A stretch of 63,952 nucleotides of DNA, counting the filler, from Octopus bimaculoides (Eukaryota): assembly GCF_001194135.2 (NCBI RefSeq). It is 8 parts of 7 records of this genome, joined end to end, with 100 filler letters (N's around TTAATTAATTAA, not from the genome) between each part and the next. Parts side by side here need not be neighbours in the genome. Positions count along the whole stretch, not along the records: positions 29,692 to 39,339 come from NC_068982.1; positions 39,440 to 45,424 come from NC_068998.1; positions 45,525 to 53,283 come from NC_068994.1; 5 more parts are not named here. One strand, given 5' to 3'. Every line of letters begins with the position of its first letter. Positions within the stretch are counted from its first letter, which is position 1. The notes beneath the pieces are model-generated. The model was given only the letters and a program-made list of their open reading frames with translations. It did no database searches and had not been told where the DNA came from. Shown in pieces: positions 38,073 through 50,863 of this stretch. The position numbers and the translations under genes are program-made.

Positions 38073-40077
38073 CGGATAGACAGATACATAGATAAATAGA
38101 GAGAGAGAAAGAGAGAGAGTGAGAGAGAGAGAGAGAGTGAGAGAGAAAGAGAGAGAGAGAGAGAGAAAGAGAGTGAGTGAGAGAGAGTGAGAGAGAAAGA
38201 GAGAGAGTGAGAGAGAAAGAGTGAACAAGAAACAAACGGACAGACAGACAAAAATGTGTACATACATCAACAAACAGATAGAGAGAGGTGGGAGAGAGAG
38301 ATAAAGACCGAAATAAATAACGAGTAAGAAGGAGACAGAAAGAGAAAGAGACAGAGACAGAGAAATAGAGAGAAAGAAAATGAGAGAGAGAAAGAAAAGG
38401 AGTAGGTATGTTAGGTTAACGTTCTAGGAAGTTTAGGAATGTGAAGTATAAAACAAGAAACAGACGACCTAAACTAAAGAGGTAAGTCGTAAATAAGAGC
38501 AAAAAAACAAAACAAAAACAAATACAAAAGAGCCACCAAAAGGCAAAGAAGATGGCGACTCAGAAATATCAGTTGCAGCCATTCAGTCGCTGGCCACTGC
38601 AGCGCCACCTTTTGATGAACGTTGTAAACAGACGGCAGGAGATTTTTTAGGATGTTTACGGAAGATTAACACTAACTTGTGGATTGTCATTTCACAAACA
38701 GGCTGACCTTGTCAGTGGTGGTGGTAGTGGTGGTGGTGGTGGTGGTAGTGGTGGTGGTGGTGGTGGTAGTGGTGGTGGTGTTGGAGGTAAGGGGTGTGAT
38801 GGTTGTGGTGGTGGCGGTGTTGGTGGTATTGGTAGCAATGGTGGTTCTTGTGGTGGTGGTGATGATGATGTTGATGGAGTTCGAGTGGTAGTGGTTGTTG
38901 GGTGGTGGTAGTGGTGGTTGTGGTGATGGCGGTTTTGGTGGTGATGGTGTTGTGCTGTGCTGTTGGGTGCAATGTTTAGGGGTTTGTAGAGGGAAGACTA
39001 AACGATATCTTTCGGCTAAATCAAACGATTTTCATGACTTAAAATTCCTGGACATCTAGGCTTTTTGTTCTTGTTGGTATTGTTGTTAATATTGTTGTTG
39101 TTGTTGTTGATAGTGATGGTGGTGTTAATTTTGTTATTAATGGTGGTAGTATTCATGTTAATGTTTGTTGGTGTTGTTCTTGTTGTTGGTGTTACTGTTG
39201 TTGATGACGTTGCCAGTTCCGTGTCAGCTCACATTGAGCAGCCCTTAGGGTTCGCATTTAAACCGGCTGAACGTCGAGTAGCGCTTCCCAGATCTCTCTT
39301 CCCAGTTATGCTATATCATCATCTAGCTCAGTTTTTCGGNNNNNNNNNNNNNNNNNNNNNNNNNNNNNNNNNNNNNNNNNNNNTTAATTAATTAANNNNN
39401 NNNNNNNNNNNNNNNNNNNNNNNNNNNNNNNNNNNNNNNCCCCCCCCCCTCTGTCAACTTTTGTTATAAATTAGTTTTTTCTTTTTATTTCTTTATATTT
39501 TTGTTCCTTCCTTCACAAACTCCTTTATTCTTTTTCTTCTTTTTTTCGTTGTTGTTGTTGTTGCTGTTGTTATTGTTATTATGTTTTTGTTTGTTCTATT
39601 AACCTTTTAAGGTCAAGAGGCGATATTTTATCAGAACACCCAAAATTCCATCAGCTATTACACACACATACAATATATATACATATATATATATACATAT
39701 ATATACATATATATATATACANNNNNNNNNNTCCGTCTATCAAATCCACTCACAAGGCTCTGGTCGGCCCGAGGCTATAGTGGGAGATACTTGCCCAAGG
39801 TGTCACGCATTGGGACTGAACTCGGAACCATGTGGTTGGTAAGCAAGCTACTTACCACACAGCCACGCCTGCGCCTATGTTTATAATATTTACATTGGTG
39901 TGGGAATTTCAATGGGTGTATCTCTCTTGCTTTTGTACACATGTTCGTGTTTATGCGCATAAGTGCGTGTGTATGTGTGTGAATGTGTGTGAGAGAGTGG
40001 GTGTGTGTCTGTGTTTACCTTGTGTGTTCGATAGCTTATATTTATAAAGTTTGTGTATATATATATATATACACGTT

Positions 40078-40117
<40 letters not shown>

Positions 40118-41974
40118 TGTGCGTGCTCGTGTCAAGGTGTGTCCTGGGATAACGTCATATATTTGCATATCAAATGCAACATTTCTTGTGAGTTTGTTTG
40201 GGTGTGTATATTTTAATTGCCTCTCTAATTGTATGTGTGAACACCTACATGTCTCTATGTGTCTGTCAGTCTGTATGTATGTATGTATGTATGTATGTAT
40301 GTAGGTATGTATGTATGTTTGTAGGTGTGTGTGTATGTATGTATATAAGTGTTTATGTATGAATTATGTGTGTGTATGTATGTATGTATGTATGTGTGTA
40401 TGTATGTGTGTGTATGTATGAATGTATGTATGTATGTAGATGTATGTGTGTGAATGTATATGTGTATGAATGCATGTATGTATAAACGTAGGTGTGTATG
40501 AATGCATGTATGTATGTATGTAGGTGTGCATGTATGTATGTATGTATGCATGTATGTGTGTATGTATGTAGGTGTGTATGTGTGTATGTATGTATGTATG
40601 TATGTATGCATGTATGTGTGTATGTATGTGGGTGTATATGTATGTGTGTGTGATTGTGTTTATGTGGGAAGTAAATATAATTAATGTCATATAATACAAA
40701 GCACTAACTACTGTGTGACTTCCACTGCTACCCGTCACGCTTCCCTTTATAAATTATCTACCCATCCACCCATCCACCCGTCAATCCATCCACCCACCCA
40801 TCCATCCATCCATCCATCCATCCATCCATCCATCCAATTACCTATCTATCTGTATATGTCTGTCTATCAGTCTGTCTGTTCAACTACCTCTCTGTCTAAT
40901 TCCTATATATATCTGTCTGTCTGTCTGTCTGTCTGTCTCTTCGAAACGCCTGTGTTAGAATGGTGGCAGCTGATGAAGGAAAATGTTCTCTATGTGGCCT
41001 GTGTGTTTTCTGTACTCTGGTTATTATTAATTTTTTTTTTGTCTACGTTTTGTTTGCAAAGTCCTGTACCCAGATATGCACCTATATATACAGGTAGATG
41101 TAGGTATGTACATACTTGTACGTATATATGCATATATTCATTTATTATTTATCTATTTATGCGTCTCGTTTCCCAATCACGTGGTCTTAGGTTCAGTCCC
41201 ACTGCGCCGCACCTTGGGCAAGTGTCTTTTACTATAGCCCTCGTGTCGACCAAAGCCATGTGAGAGGATTTGATAGATGGAATCAGAAAAGACCGTCGTA
41301 TAAATATACAATATATAGTTTAATATATAATATGTATGCATGTATGTATGTATGTATGTATGTAAGTATGTATGTATGAACATGTAAGTACGTGTATATA
41401 TATATATATACATATACATAGATATGTATGTGTATATGCACATATATATAAGTATATGTTTGTATATGTATATATATTATATATGTGTGTGTGTGTTGTC
41501 TGTGTGTCTGTGTTAGAGTTGTGTTTTTCAACCATCGCCGCTTTACAACCGGTGTTGGTTAGGTTGCGTTCCCGTAACTTAGACGTTCGGCACAAAAAAA
41601 AAAGACCGATAGAATAAGTACTAGACTAACAAACACCTACTAGGGTCGATTTTGTTCGACTAAATCCTTCAAAGGGGTGCCCCCAGAATGGCTGCAGTCC
41701 AATGAGTGAAACAAATAAAAATTTTAAAAAGTGAAAGATGGAGGCGAGCTCATCCGTTAACCAAATCTTGTTTCGTTGCATTTCAGATCAAAAAAGAAAG
41801 AGAAAAAAGAAACTTAGTTGACAGCTCTGCCATCGTATATTGAATTACACAAAAAAAAAAGAGAAAAGAAAAAAAAAAAGAAAAAAAAAAGAAAAAAAAT
41901 CGGTTTAGATTAATTATGGAAGCTTTATTAACAGGAAATTAGAAACCAAAAATCAACTGAAAAATAAACCATAG

Positions 41975-42330
41975 GAATTATCGATGTAAGTGGCACTCCG
42001 TCGGTTACGACGACGAGGGTTCCAGTTAATCCAATCAACGGAACAGCCTGCTCGTGAAATTAACGTGTAATTGGCTGAGCATTCTACAGATACGTGTACC
42101 CTTAACGTAGTTCTCGGGGAGATTCGGTGTGAAACAGAGTGTGACAAGGCTGGCCCTTTGAAATACATGTACAACAGAAGCAGGAAGAGAGAATGAGAGA
42201 AAGTTGTGGTGAAAGAGTAGAGCAGGGTTCGCGGGTTCGCCACCACCCCTGCTGCCGGAGCCTCGTGGAGCTTTAGGTATTTTCACTCAATAAACGCTCA
42301 CAACGCCCGGTCTGGGAATCGAAACCGGCA
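41975..42330 (-). mobile_element. SINE family A copy; further copies at 61848-62168 (-) and 63903-63952 (+, cut by window end)
   Basis: Directly alignable to 22858-23248. Confidence 0.85.
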
Positions 42331-42612
42331 GAACCGTGAAGATCTTGAAGCTGTAATAACCTATGAAATAATGTTGCTCCGAACTTAAAACGTAAAGAGT
42401 AATAAACTATGACAGTGGAAAATATTTAGTCGAACCGTACAACGAACTCGTATATTCTTGTCTCCGAAACTTCATTTACGTAGCATTACGAACAAAATAC
42501 TTTAAAAACAGTATTTAGAAAAACATAGGTGCATGTACGTGCACACATTTCATATAAGTGCATATATGTGTGTGTATATCTGTGCTTGCTGTTGTGTATA
42601 TGTATTCATGTG

Positions 42613-42659
<47 letters not shown>

Positions 42660-43624
42660 CTGTGCTTGCTGTTGTGTATATGTATTCATGTTTCCGTCTG
42701 TGTTTGTCCCCTCTAGCATTGCTTGACAACCGATGCTGGTGTGTTTATGTCCCCGTCACTTAGCGGTTCGGCAAAGGAGACCGATAGAATAAGTACTAGG
42801 CTTACAAAGAATAAGTCCTGGGGTCGATTTGCTCGACTAAAGGCGGTGCTCCAGCATGGCCGAAGTCAAATGACTGAAACAAGTAAAAGAGTGTGTGTGT
42901 GTGTATTATTATACATTATTATGTATAAAGTGAAGCATGTATGGATATTGATATCTATATATTTATGCATATAAATATGTATATGTATGTGTATATATAT
43001 ATATATATGTCTATATACCTGCGTATATATCTATATTATGTAAACATATGTATGTATGTATTCACGTGTGTGCGTTTATAATTTTATATAAATATATATA
43101 AAGCACTCTTGTTTCTCTGTATATGACGATCACATAAATGTGCTATATATGAGTGTGAGTGTGTGTGTATAATATATACAGATATATGTCGTTATATGTA
43201 TTTCATATGTTTATCATATATGTATATATATATATATATATCGCATATGACTGTGTTGTGTGCGTATATGTGTACGTAAAGCAGCAAAGAGGGAGCGAGC
43301 ATGGCAGCTCCGAGAAGATTCACGAGCAGAATAAATATTGGAGGAATCCATAACTGCTTTTCTTCACTTTAGAAGTCTTCTGTTCTATTAACAACGTTAT
43401 TTCCTCTCGCTGATGATATCGTTAAATAAACCGAAACCTTCTAAAGTATGCTGCACCAATTAACTGAATGTTAAATATTTGTTTTCTGAATCTTTTCTCA
43501 TTTACTCTGAGCTGTATGAGAGACACTTATATGTATATATATCTTGAATTATTCTCATTTCTGTCAGTAAGTTGATCACTATGTACATACTGGATGGTTG
43601 GTGTATATGATGAGAAAAATGACT

Positions 43625-44220
43625 CAATGTTTACTTATCGCCATTTCAACATAGCTGTTCCGTAGGAACCGACGTTACTGCTATTTTTTAACCCCAGGAG
43701 GACGCCTCCTCCAGTTGGTTATACGATGCAGTCTGCACCCGATATATATTGCAAGCAGGGGAGTGAACCTTTACCATCTTCAAGCACGAGACCACCAGAC
43801 CGCACGGTTTCGACCTCTTTATGGTCGTCTTCGTTGGTGGATACACGTCCGCTAGAGATAGCAGTAGTTTACTCCAGCTCGCAATATATAGAAAATAAAT
43901 GACATCCAGTCACTGATCTTGCAACGAGCAAATTTGGTATTAGAAAATCTCTAAGAAATGAAAGCAGTAACTATACTGAGAAGTAATGTGTATCGCCACT
44001 TGAAAATGGCTGTTTCGTAGGAAACGACATTGCTACCATTTTAACCCCCAGGAGGACGCCTCCTCCTCCTACTGGTTATTCAGTGCAATCTGCACCCAAT
44101 GTATATTGCAAGCAGGGGAGTGAACTCCCTACCCTCTTCAAATCTCGAGACCGTACGGTTTCGACCTCTATGTAGTTATTCTCGGTGGTGGATACTCGTC
44201 TGCTAGAGATAGCAAGAGTT
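43625..44220 (-). mobile_element. About 1.7 tandem copies of a ~355-nt unit with one hammerhead motif per unit (retrozyme-like or Penelope pLTR)
   Basis: tatcgcca at 43636 and 43991; ggtttcgacc at 43806 and 44157. Minus strand 43840-43792 reads CCACCA-ACGAAGA-C-GACC(loop)GGUC-GAA-ACCG-UG-CGGU-C-UGGUGG. Confidence 0.65.
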
Positions 44221-44993
44221 CATGTTCTTAAAGATTTTCTGACTACATACTTGACGTTCGTTAAACATAGTGTTACAACAATTGAACTTCCTTTTTACCA
44301 TATTCTTAAAATATCTGAGGATTTTTTTTTTATTTATTTATCGAAAAGGATGGAATGGGCCAGCTAAAAGCATCGTGTTGAGTTGGTGAATGGTTTGTCT
44401 TGTAAAGTTAATTTTCATCTCGCCACTGATAATGTTCTGTCAATTGGAATAAAACTTGTGTCCAAGAAGTGTGGTGTCGTGTGTGTATGTGTTCGTGTGT
44501 GTGCGCATGCGTGTGTGTATTGAAGGGAATTTGAGTGCTATTTCTAACAGGGCAAGGAATCGCATAAGAAGATACTTTCTGATTGGTTCGTTTATGTGTT
44601 TGTGTGTCTACAAACAGATTCTAATATATTGCACACACATTCACGAGTGCACACCTTTAGACGAGGACACACGCGCACATACACACGTACATGCACTCAC
44701 ACACATACACATATACGTACACATGCGCACACATACAGACTGACATACACACAGACACATACAGACGCACATACACACACACGCACACATACACACATAC
44801 ACGCATACACACACATGCACGCAGATACACACACATACAGACTCACATATACGCAGACCCATACAGATTCACATACACACACACACACACATACAGACTC
44901 ACATAGACACAGATACATACAGATTCACGTACACACACATACACACACACGCACATACACACACATATATACATGCACATACACATACACACA

Positions 44994-45044
<51 letters not shown>

Positions 45045-45524
45045 NNNNNNNNNNNNNNNNNNNNNNNNNNNNNNNNNNNNNNNAGTTGCCCGCTGTTGAC
45101 GGTGGGGGCTCTCTTTTTTTTTTCTTTTCCCGCTCTCTCTCCAGTTTTTAACACTCCCCGCCTCGCTTCGCCGTCGCCGCCCGAGGGTCCACATTTAATG
45201 AACAGCACCGCCATCATCGTCATCATCTTCTTCATCATCATCATCACCACCATTACCACCACAAACAAAAACAGCAACAACAACAACCGCTCTGTCACTC
45301 AACATTCAATGTTACATTTTCCTCCATCTCACACACACACTCACACACACAAATATGCATACTCGCACGCACACATGCACAAGTACACACTCAAATACAC
45401 ACACACACACACACACATATTCGANNNNNNNNNNNNNNNNNNNNNNNNNNNNNNNNNNNNNNNNNNNNTTAATTAATTAANNNNNNNNNNNNNNNNNNNN
45501 NNNNNNNNNNNNNNNNNNNNNNNN

Positions 45525-45592
<68 letters not shown>

Positions 45593-47255
45593 CATATATA
45601 TAAATTTGTTTAGCTTGTTTATAAAATATTGTCGCATTTGAAAAGCTATTATTTAGCCTTAAAATTGGTGGAAAATGTTTCCAGGAGTCATTTAGCTTAA
45701 TGATAAAGCACTCAGCTAGTGTCTGAGGGGTACAGGTTCAATTACCATAGCTGACAATTGTCAATATTATTTTCTGTCTTAACTACCCAATTTTTCTCTG
45801 TTATTCTTAGAACTTTATTGTGCTTGAAATTTACTTTGTCTGTAAAATATATATGCAGTGATACCTTGCAGTATGAGTTTAACTTGTTCCATGACCGAGC
45901 CCTTCTTACGATCTATTCATTTTACAAATCAATTTTCCCCATTGAAATTAACTCAAATATAATTAATCTGTTCCCAGCTTCCAAAAGCCACTCCACAATA
46001 ATTTTTTAAGGATTTTAACACAGATTTTAAAAGGTGTTGTTACAAGTAAAATGACAATTATAAAATATATAATTATGAAATATATATGACATATCTTGAA
46101 CGATAATAGGAACAGAACGCTACGAAGAACAAGCTGGTTGAAGAAAAAAACGCCGTTAGAAATAACAGTCAAACACCCTAGTTGAAAGAAGACATGATGA
46201 GCAGCAAACTAGGAAAAATTCTTTTGGTAACAGAGGATGAGAATAAGAGTCCTTTAAACGGATAAAGAACAAAACATGGCCAGCACGTGGATAATCTGGG
46301 TGGTTGAGAGAATGAAACTCATACCTGGTACGTAGGAAAAATTTGCTATGCGAATTCTGAAGAAAATTCCAGATAATTTTTTTTTTTCCCTTTTTACTAG
46401 CAAGAAGAAAATTCTCCTGGGATACTGTGTTTCCAAAGAACCAATTTGTAATTTCGGTTACAACCCGAGGAAAATGGTTTGCAGTTTCCCTCTTGAAAAT
46501 GGCACCAAAATTTTCTAATGAAGAAGACAATATGGTGGCAAGAGGCATCAGTGATATGTTCCTATGCAGTGGTTGCATGGACGATGACATGAAGGAGAGA
46601 AACAAATACATATTCACTGGTCTGTATTCGCCCGGTGTTCACCATTTTAGAAGTATAGTTCTGTTCCCCTTTGGGTCACCATTATACTTGGATAGTTGTC
46701 CATGTCGGGGTCACTATTTTAGATGAATGATGGATAGTTGAGGTTACCATTTTAAATGGAGTAGGTTATTGTTGAGCCACCTAATATGACTCTCAGAAGG
46801 TTGTAATCTCGTTTGTTAGTAAACCCAGATGAAGAACATATACAAGCAAGGTTGTAACTTTAAACACGTTTATTGTGGCCAAACGTATATACACAATGGA
46901 ATGATAGATAGAATGGTTGGTGTCTGGAGGCCATGGTCTTCTGTGTTTTTCTCCTATCTGCAAACTGGTCTGTGGTATTAGAAAGAGCCAGTCTAGTTGC
47001 ATCCTCACAGCTTGCATATCAGTGTAGAAAAGAGGAAGAGATGAGGGCACATGTCTGAAACTTAATGTTGTGTAACTCCCTCTATATCTGGCCGCTGTCA
47101 AGGGGGTCAACTGTGCCTACATATATATGAATGAATGTATGAATGCATGTATGTATCAATATATATGTGTGTGTGTGTGTGTGTATGTATTCATATATAT
47201 GTGCATATATGTATGTACACATAGACATATGCGTTCCTGTGTGAATGCATATATG

Positions 47256-47291
<36 letters not shown>

Positions 47292-47628
47292 TATATATAT
47301 ATACATACATACATACATACATACATACATACACACACAAACACACACACACACACACTGTACTGTTTCATAATAGAAAATTGAACAGTGTTACAGTGTT
47401 ATTTGTGGGATTATTGATAACTATACAATTACAGTTATCAACCAAAGCATTCATTTCTTTTTCATCCACTTGATTTCTATTAATATTTTTTTAGAAATAA
47501 ATGTGAAAAAGAAAAGTTGAAGTATTTCAAGTTTATACTTACATTCGGTGGCTTCATACAGATCTGCAAAGAGAATTTGAAAATATGTTAATATTACACC
47601 TTATATCTTATATACACATGTGCATGCA

Positions 47629-47674
<46 letters not shown>

Positions 47675-48123
47675 CATATATATATGAATTTGTTTAGTTT
47701 GTTTATAAAATATTGTTGCATTTGAAAAGCTATTATTTAGCATTAAAATTTGTGGAAAATGTTTCCAGGAGCCATTTAGCTTAATGGTAAAGCACTCAAC
47801 TGGTGTCCGAAGGATACATGTACAATTCTCATATCTGAGTGTTGTCAACTTTATTTTCCATCTTATGTGGGTAACTACCCAATTGTTTTCTGATATTCTT
47901 ACAGCTTTATTGTGTTTAAAATTTACTTTCTTGTCTGTAAAATATATATACAGTGATACCTCAGAGTTTAATTTGTTCCATGACTGAGCTTATTTTACAA
48001 ATCAATTTTTCCCATTGAAACTAACTCAAAATATAATTTACCCATTCCAGCCCCTAAAATCCCCTCAACAATAATTTTTTTTATGGCTTTAAAAACAGAA
48101 AAGGTGTAGTTACAAGTAAAATG

Positions 48124-48507
48124 TTGTTGTTGGCACTCCATCGCTTACGACGTCGAGGGTTCCAGTTGATCCGATCAACGGAACAGCCTGCTCGTGAAAT
48201 TAACGTGCAAGTGACTGAGCACTCCACAGACACGTGTACCCTTAACGTAGTTCTCGGGGATATTCAGCGTGACACAGTGTGACAAGGCTGACTCTTTGAA
48301 TTACAGGCACAACAGAAACAGGAAGTAAGAGTGAGAGAAAGTTGTGGTGAAAGAGTACAGCAGGGTTAGCCACCATCCCCTGCCGGAGCCTCGTGGAGCC
48401 TTAGGTGCTTTTACTCAATAAACACTCACAACGCCCAGTCTGGGAATCAAAACCGCAATCCTATGACCGCGAGTCCGCTGCCCTAACCACTGGGCCATTG
48501 CACCTCC
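48124..48507 (-). mobile_element. SINE family A, full length, with 12-bp TSD
   Basis: TSD ACAAGTAAAATG at 48112-48123 and 48508-48519. The empty site is present in the paralogous segment at 46042-46053. Confidence 0.95.
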
Positions 48508-48962
48508 ACAAGTAAAATGACAATTATAAAAAAGAGAAAGCAAAAGAAATATGTAAACTGGTTTTAATAGATGAATTACTTTAATGATGGGGTGATTTGT
48601 GTGCTCGTACTGCAGATTTCTATTTGTACTTCAAAACTAAAATTCATACAAGTCTTGGCTTGTACAACAAATTACTCGTACAATGGAGCACTCGTACTGT
48701 GAGGTTCTACTGTATATATATATGTGTGTGTATATATATCATTGTTATCATTTAACATGTTCCTTCCATGCTGACCTGAGTTGGACAGCTTTACAGGAGC
48801 AAGCAATTAATAGCTTTGCTGTTGGCTTTGGCATTCTTTCTCTGGCTGAATGCCCCTCCTAATGCCAACCACTTCATAGAGTGTAGTGGGTGCTTTTTAC
48901 ATGACACCAATGAATTAGTCAAATATCTTGAAAGAGACGATCCCTCAACTAAGTTGGTGTGG

Positions 48963-49657
48963 TGTTGTGGGGATAGAAGTAATAATGGTACACCATTCTC
49001 ACGTGACGAGTGGTATATGTTAGTTGCTATAAAAAAGGTGACATTGGTCAGTATAAAAAGAGAGTACAAAGTAGATGGTCATAGATAGTCGTGGTCTTAC
49101 TTGTGTAATTATACTGCTATACCAGAGAGGGCCTTATAACAATCTGGCATTAAGGATTACAACAGCAGCAATGAAGAATTAACAGACTCATGAAGAATTA
49201 ACAAATTCACAAGGCTTTTTTTTTTTTGTACAGATTTTATGGAAAAAAATTGTAAAATTATGGAAAATTTGTTAACCGCTTTGCTCAAATTGTAAATAAA
49301 AAAGAAAACAATAGCAACTGAAAGAACAGCAACAGTAGCAGCTACAACTGCAAAAACAACAGCAGAACCAACAGCAATTGAAAGAACAACAACAACAGCA
49401 TATATAACTGCAAGAACAGCAGAATCAACAAATGCTGCAACTAATGAAGAGTAAGTTATCAGGAAATGCTGAAAAATTGTTCTTGTCACATTATGTTGTG
49501 AACTGAATAACACAGTTCATGTACAAACCAAACAAAGGAGTTACTTTCAAGGGTTACTATAGAAGATATGAACAAATCTTCAATAAAGAGTGCAAAGATT
49601 GGGATTATGATTTGAAAACGTATTTAATCTTGAGAAAGCTGGCAGCAGGAGAATAAT
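48963..49657 (+). mobile_element. Ty3/Gypsy relic: LTR (48963-49141), degenerate PBS and gag N-terminus
   Basis: TGTT...AACA ends followed by a TGGC-like PBS. Then MENLLTALLKL, a Gln-rich run with stops, and [45 protein letters not shown], typical of K02A2.6-like gypsy gag. Confidence 0.7.
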
Positions 49658-49763
49658 AGAGTCAATGATATCGTCGCAAATTATTTTCTTGTGAATTATT
49701 TGCTCCATATAAATATATATATATATGTATGTATGCATGCATGTATATATATGTGTGTGTGTG

Positions 49764-49823
<60 letters not shown>

Positions 49824-50146
49824 TATGTACATATATACATATGTGTATGTGTCTGTGTGTTAATATATATATAATGTACTGTTCTATGATACAAAATTCA
49901 ATAGTGTTACACAGTGTTATTTGTAGGAATATTGGAAAGCATACAATTATCGTTATCGACCAAAGCATTCATGTCTCTTTCATCTTGTTGATTTGTATTT
50001 ATGTTTAGGAATAAATGTGAAAAAGAAAAAGTTGAAGTATTTCAAATTTATACTTACATCTGTTGTCGTTATAGATTTCTGCAAAAACAATTTGTAAATA
50101 TGTTAATATTACACCGTATATCTTATATATACATGTGCATGCATGC

Positions 50147-50179
<33 letters not shown>

Positions 50180-50620
50180 TATATAGAAGTTTGTTTAGTT
50201 TGTTTATAAAATGGTGTTACATTTGAGAAGCTATTATCTTATATTCATAGAAACAATCTTTATAAATATACTTTCTTAACTTTGGATAGTTTTTCTCTCC
50301 TTATTCCTATGTATTTACACTTTCAGTAATATATATTGATTACTATCTTTAATGTTGGTGACAAATTTAATCTGATAGAAATATTTACATTATTGTATTT
50401 ATATTTGTGTAATCACTGGTCTACTTATATATATATATATATATATGTTTATTTATATATACACATTTGTAGCAATATGTGTGTGCATATGTGTATGTAT
50501 TGGCATAAAAACATATATGTAGGTGTACAGGTGTATATATATATATATATATATATATATTGATAGGAAGGACAACAAAAGAAAGAAAGAGACCTTGATA
50601 TTATGTAAATAGAGGAATTT

Positions 50621-50863
50621 ATCTGTAAAACTATGTGACACTTATTCGGTAGCCATGATAAAATTCCGAATTTCAGATGCTGGGGTGGGAGCCCACACCA
50701 ACGTCTCTTCAGTTATCAGGCCATTGGAAATTAACGGTCATTTTTCACAGGAATTTTCAATGGCCAGATAACTGAAGAGATGTTGGCGTGGGCTCCCACC
50801 CTGGCATCCGAAACTCGGATTTTTGTCATGGCTACCGAATAAATGTCACATATTTTTACAGAT
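50621..50863. mobile_element. Foldback element with ~110-bp inverted arms, each encoding a type I hammerhead on opposite strands
   Basis: Arms 50621-50732 and 50752-50863 with a 19-nt spacer. Plus-strand core CUGAAGA at 50772-50778 with GAAA at 50810-50813; minus-strand core is the complement of 50706-50712. Helix I UGGCCAGAUAA/UUGUCAUGGCUA; helix II GAUG/CAUC. Confidence 0.7.

Noticed and set aside
46156-47110. 153-aa and 105-aa minus-strand ORFs and a 99-aa plus-strand ORF
   Set aside because: No recognisable domain or splice structure. There is a weak resemblance to decayed LINE ORF1 zinc knuckles, too poor to call.
48816-49088. ORF starting with a signal-peptide-like MLLALAFFLWL
   Set aside because: It uses a TTG start, and its 5' half is a dispersed-repeat segment (atgcccctcctaatgccaaccact, reverse-related to 59700-59725). 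Its 3' half is the Gypsy LTR.
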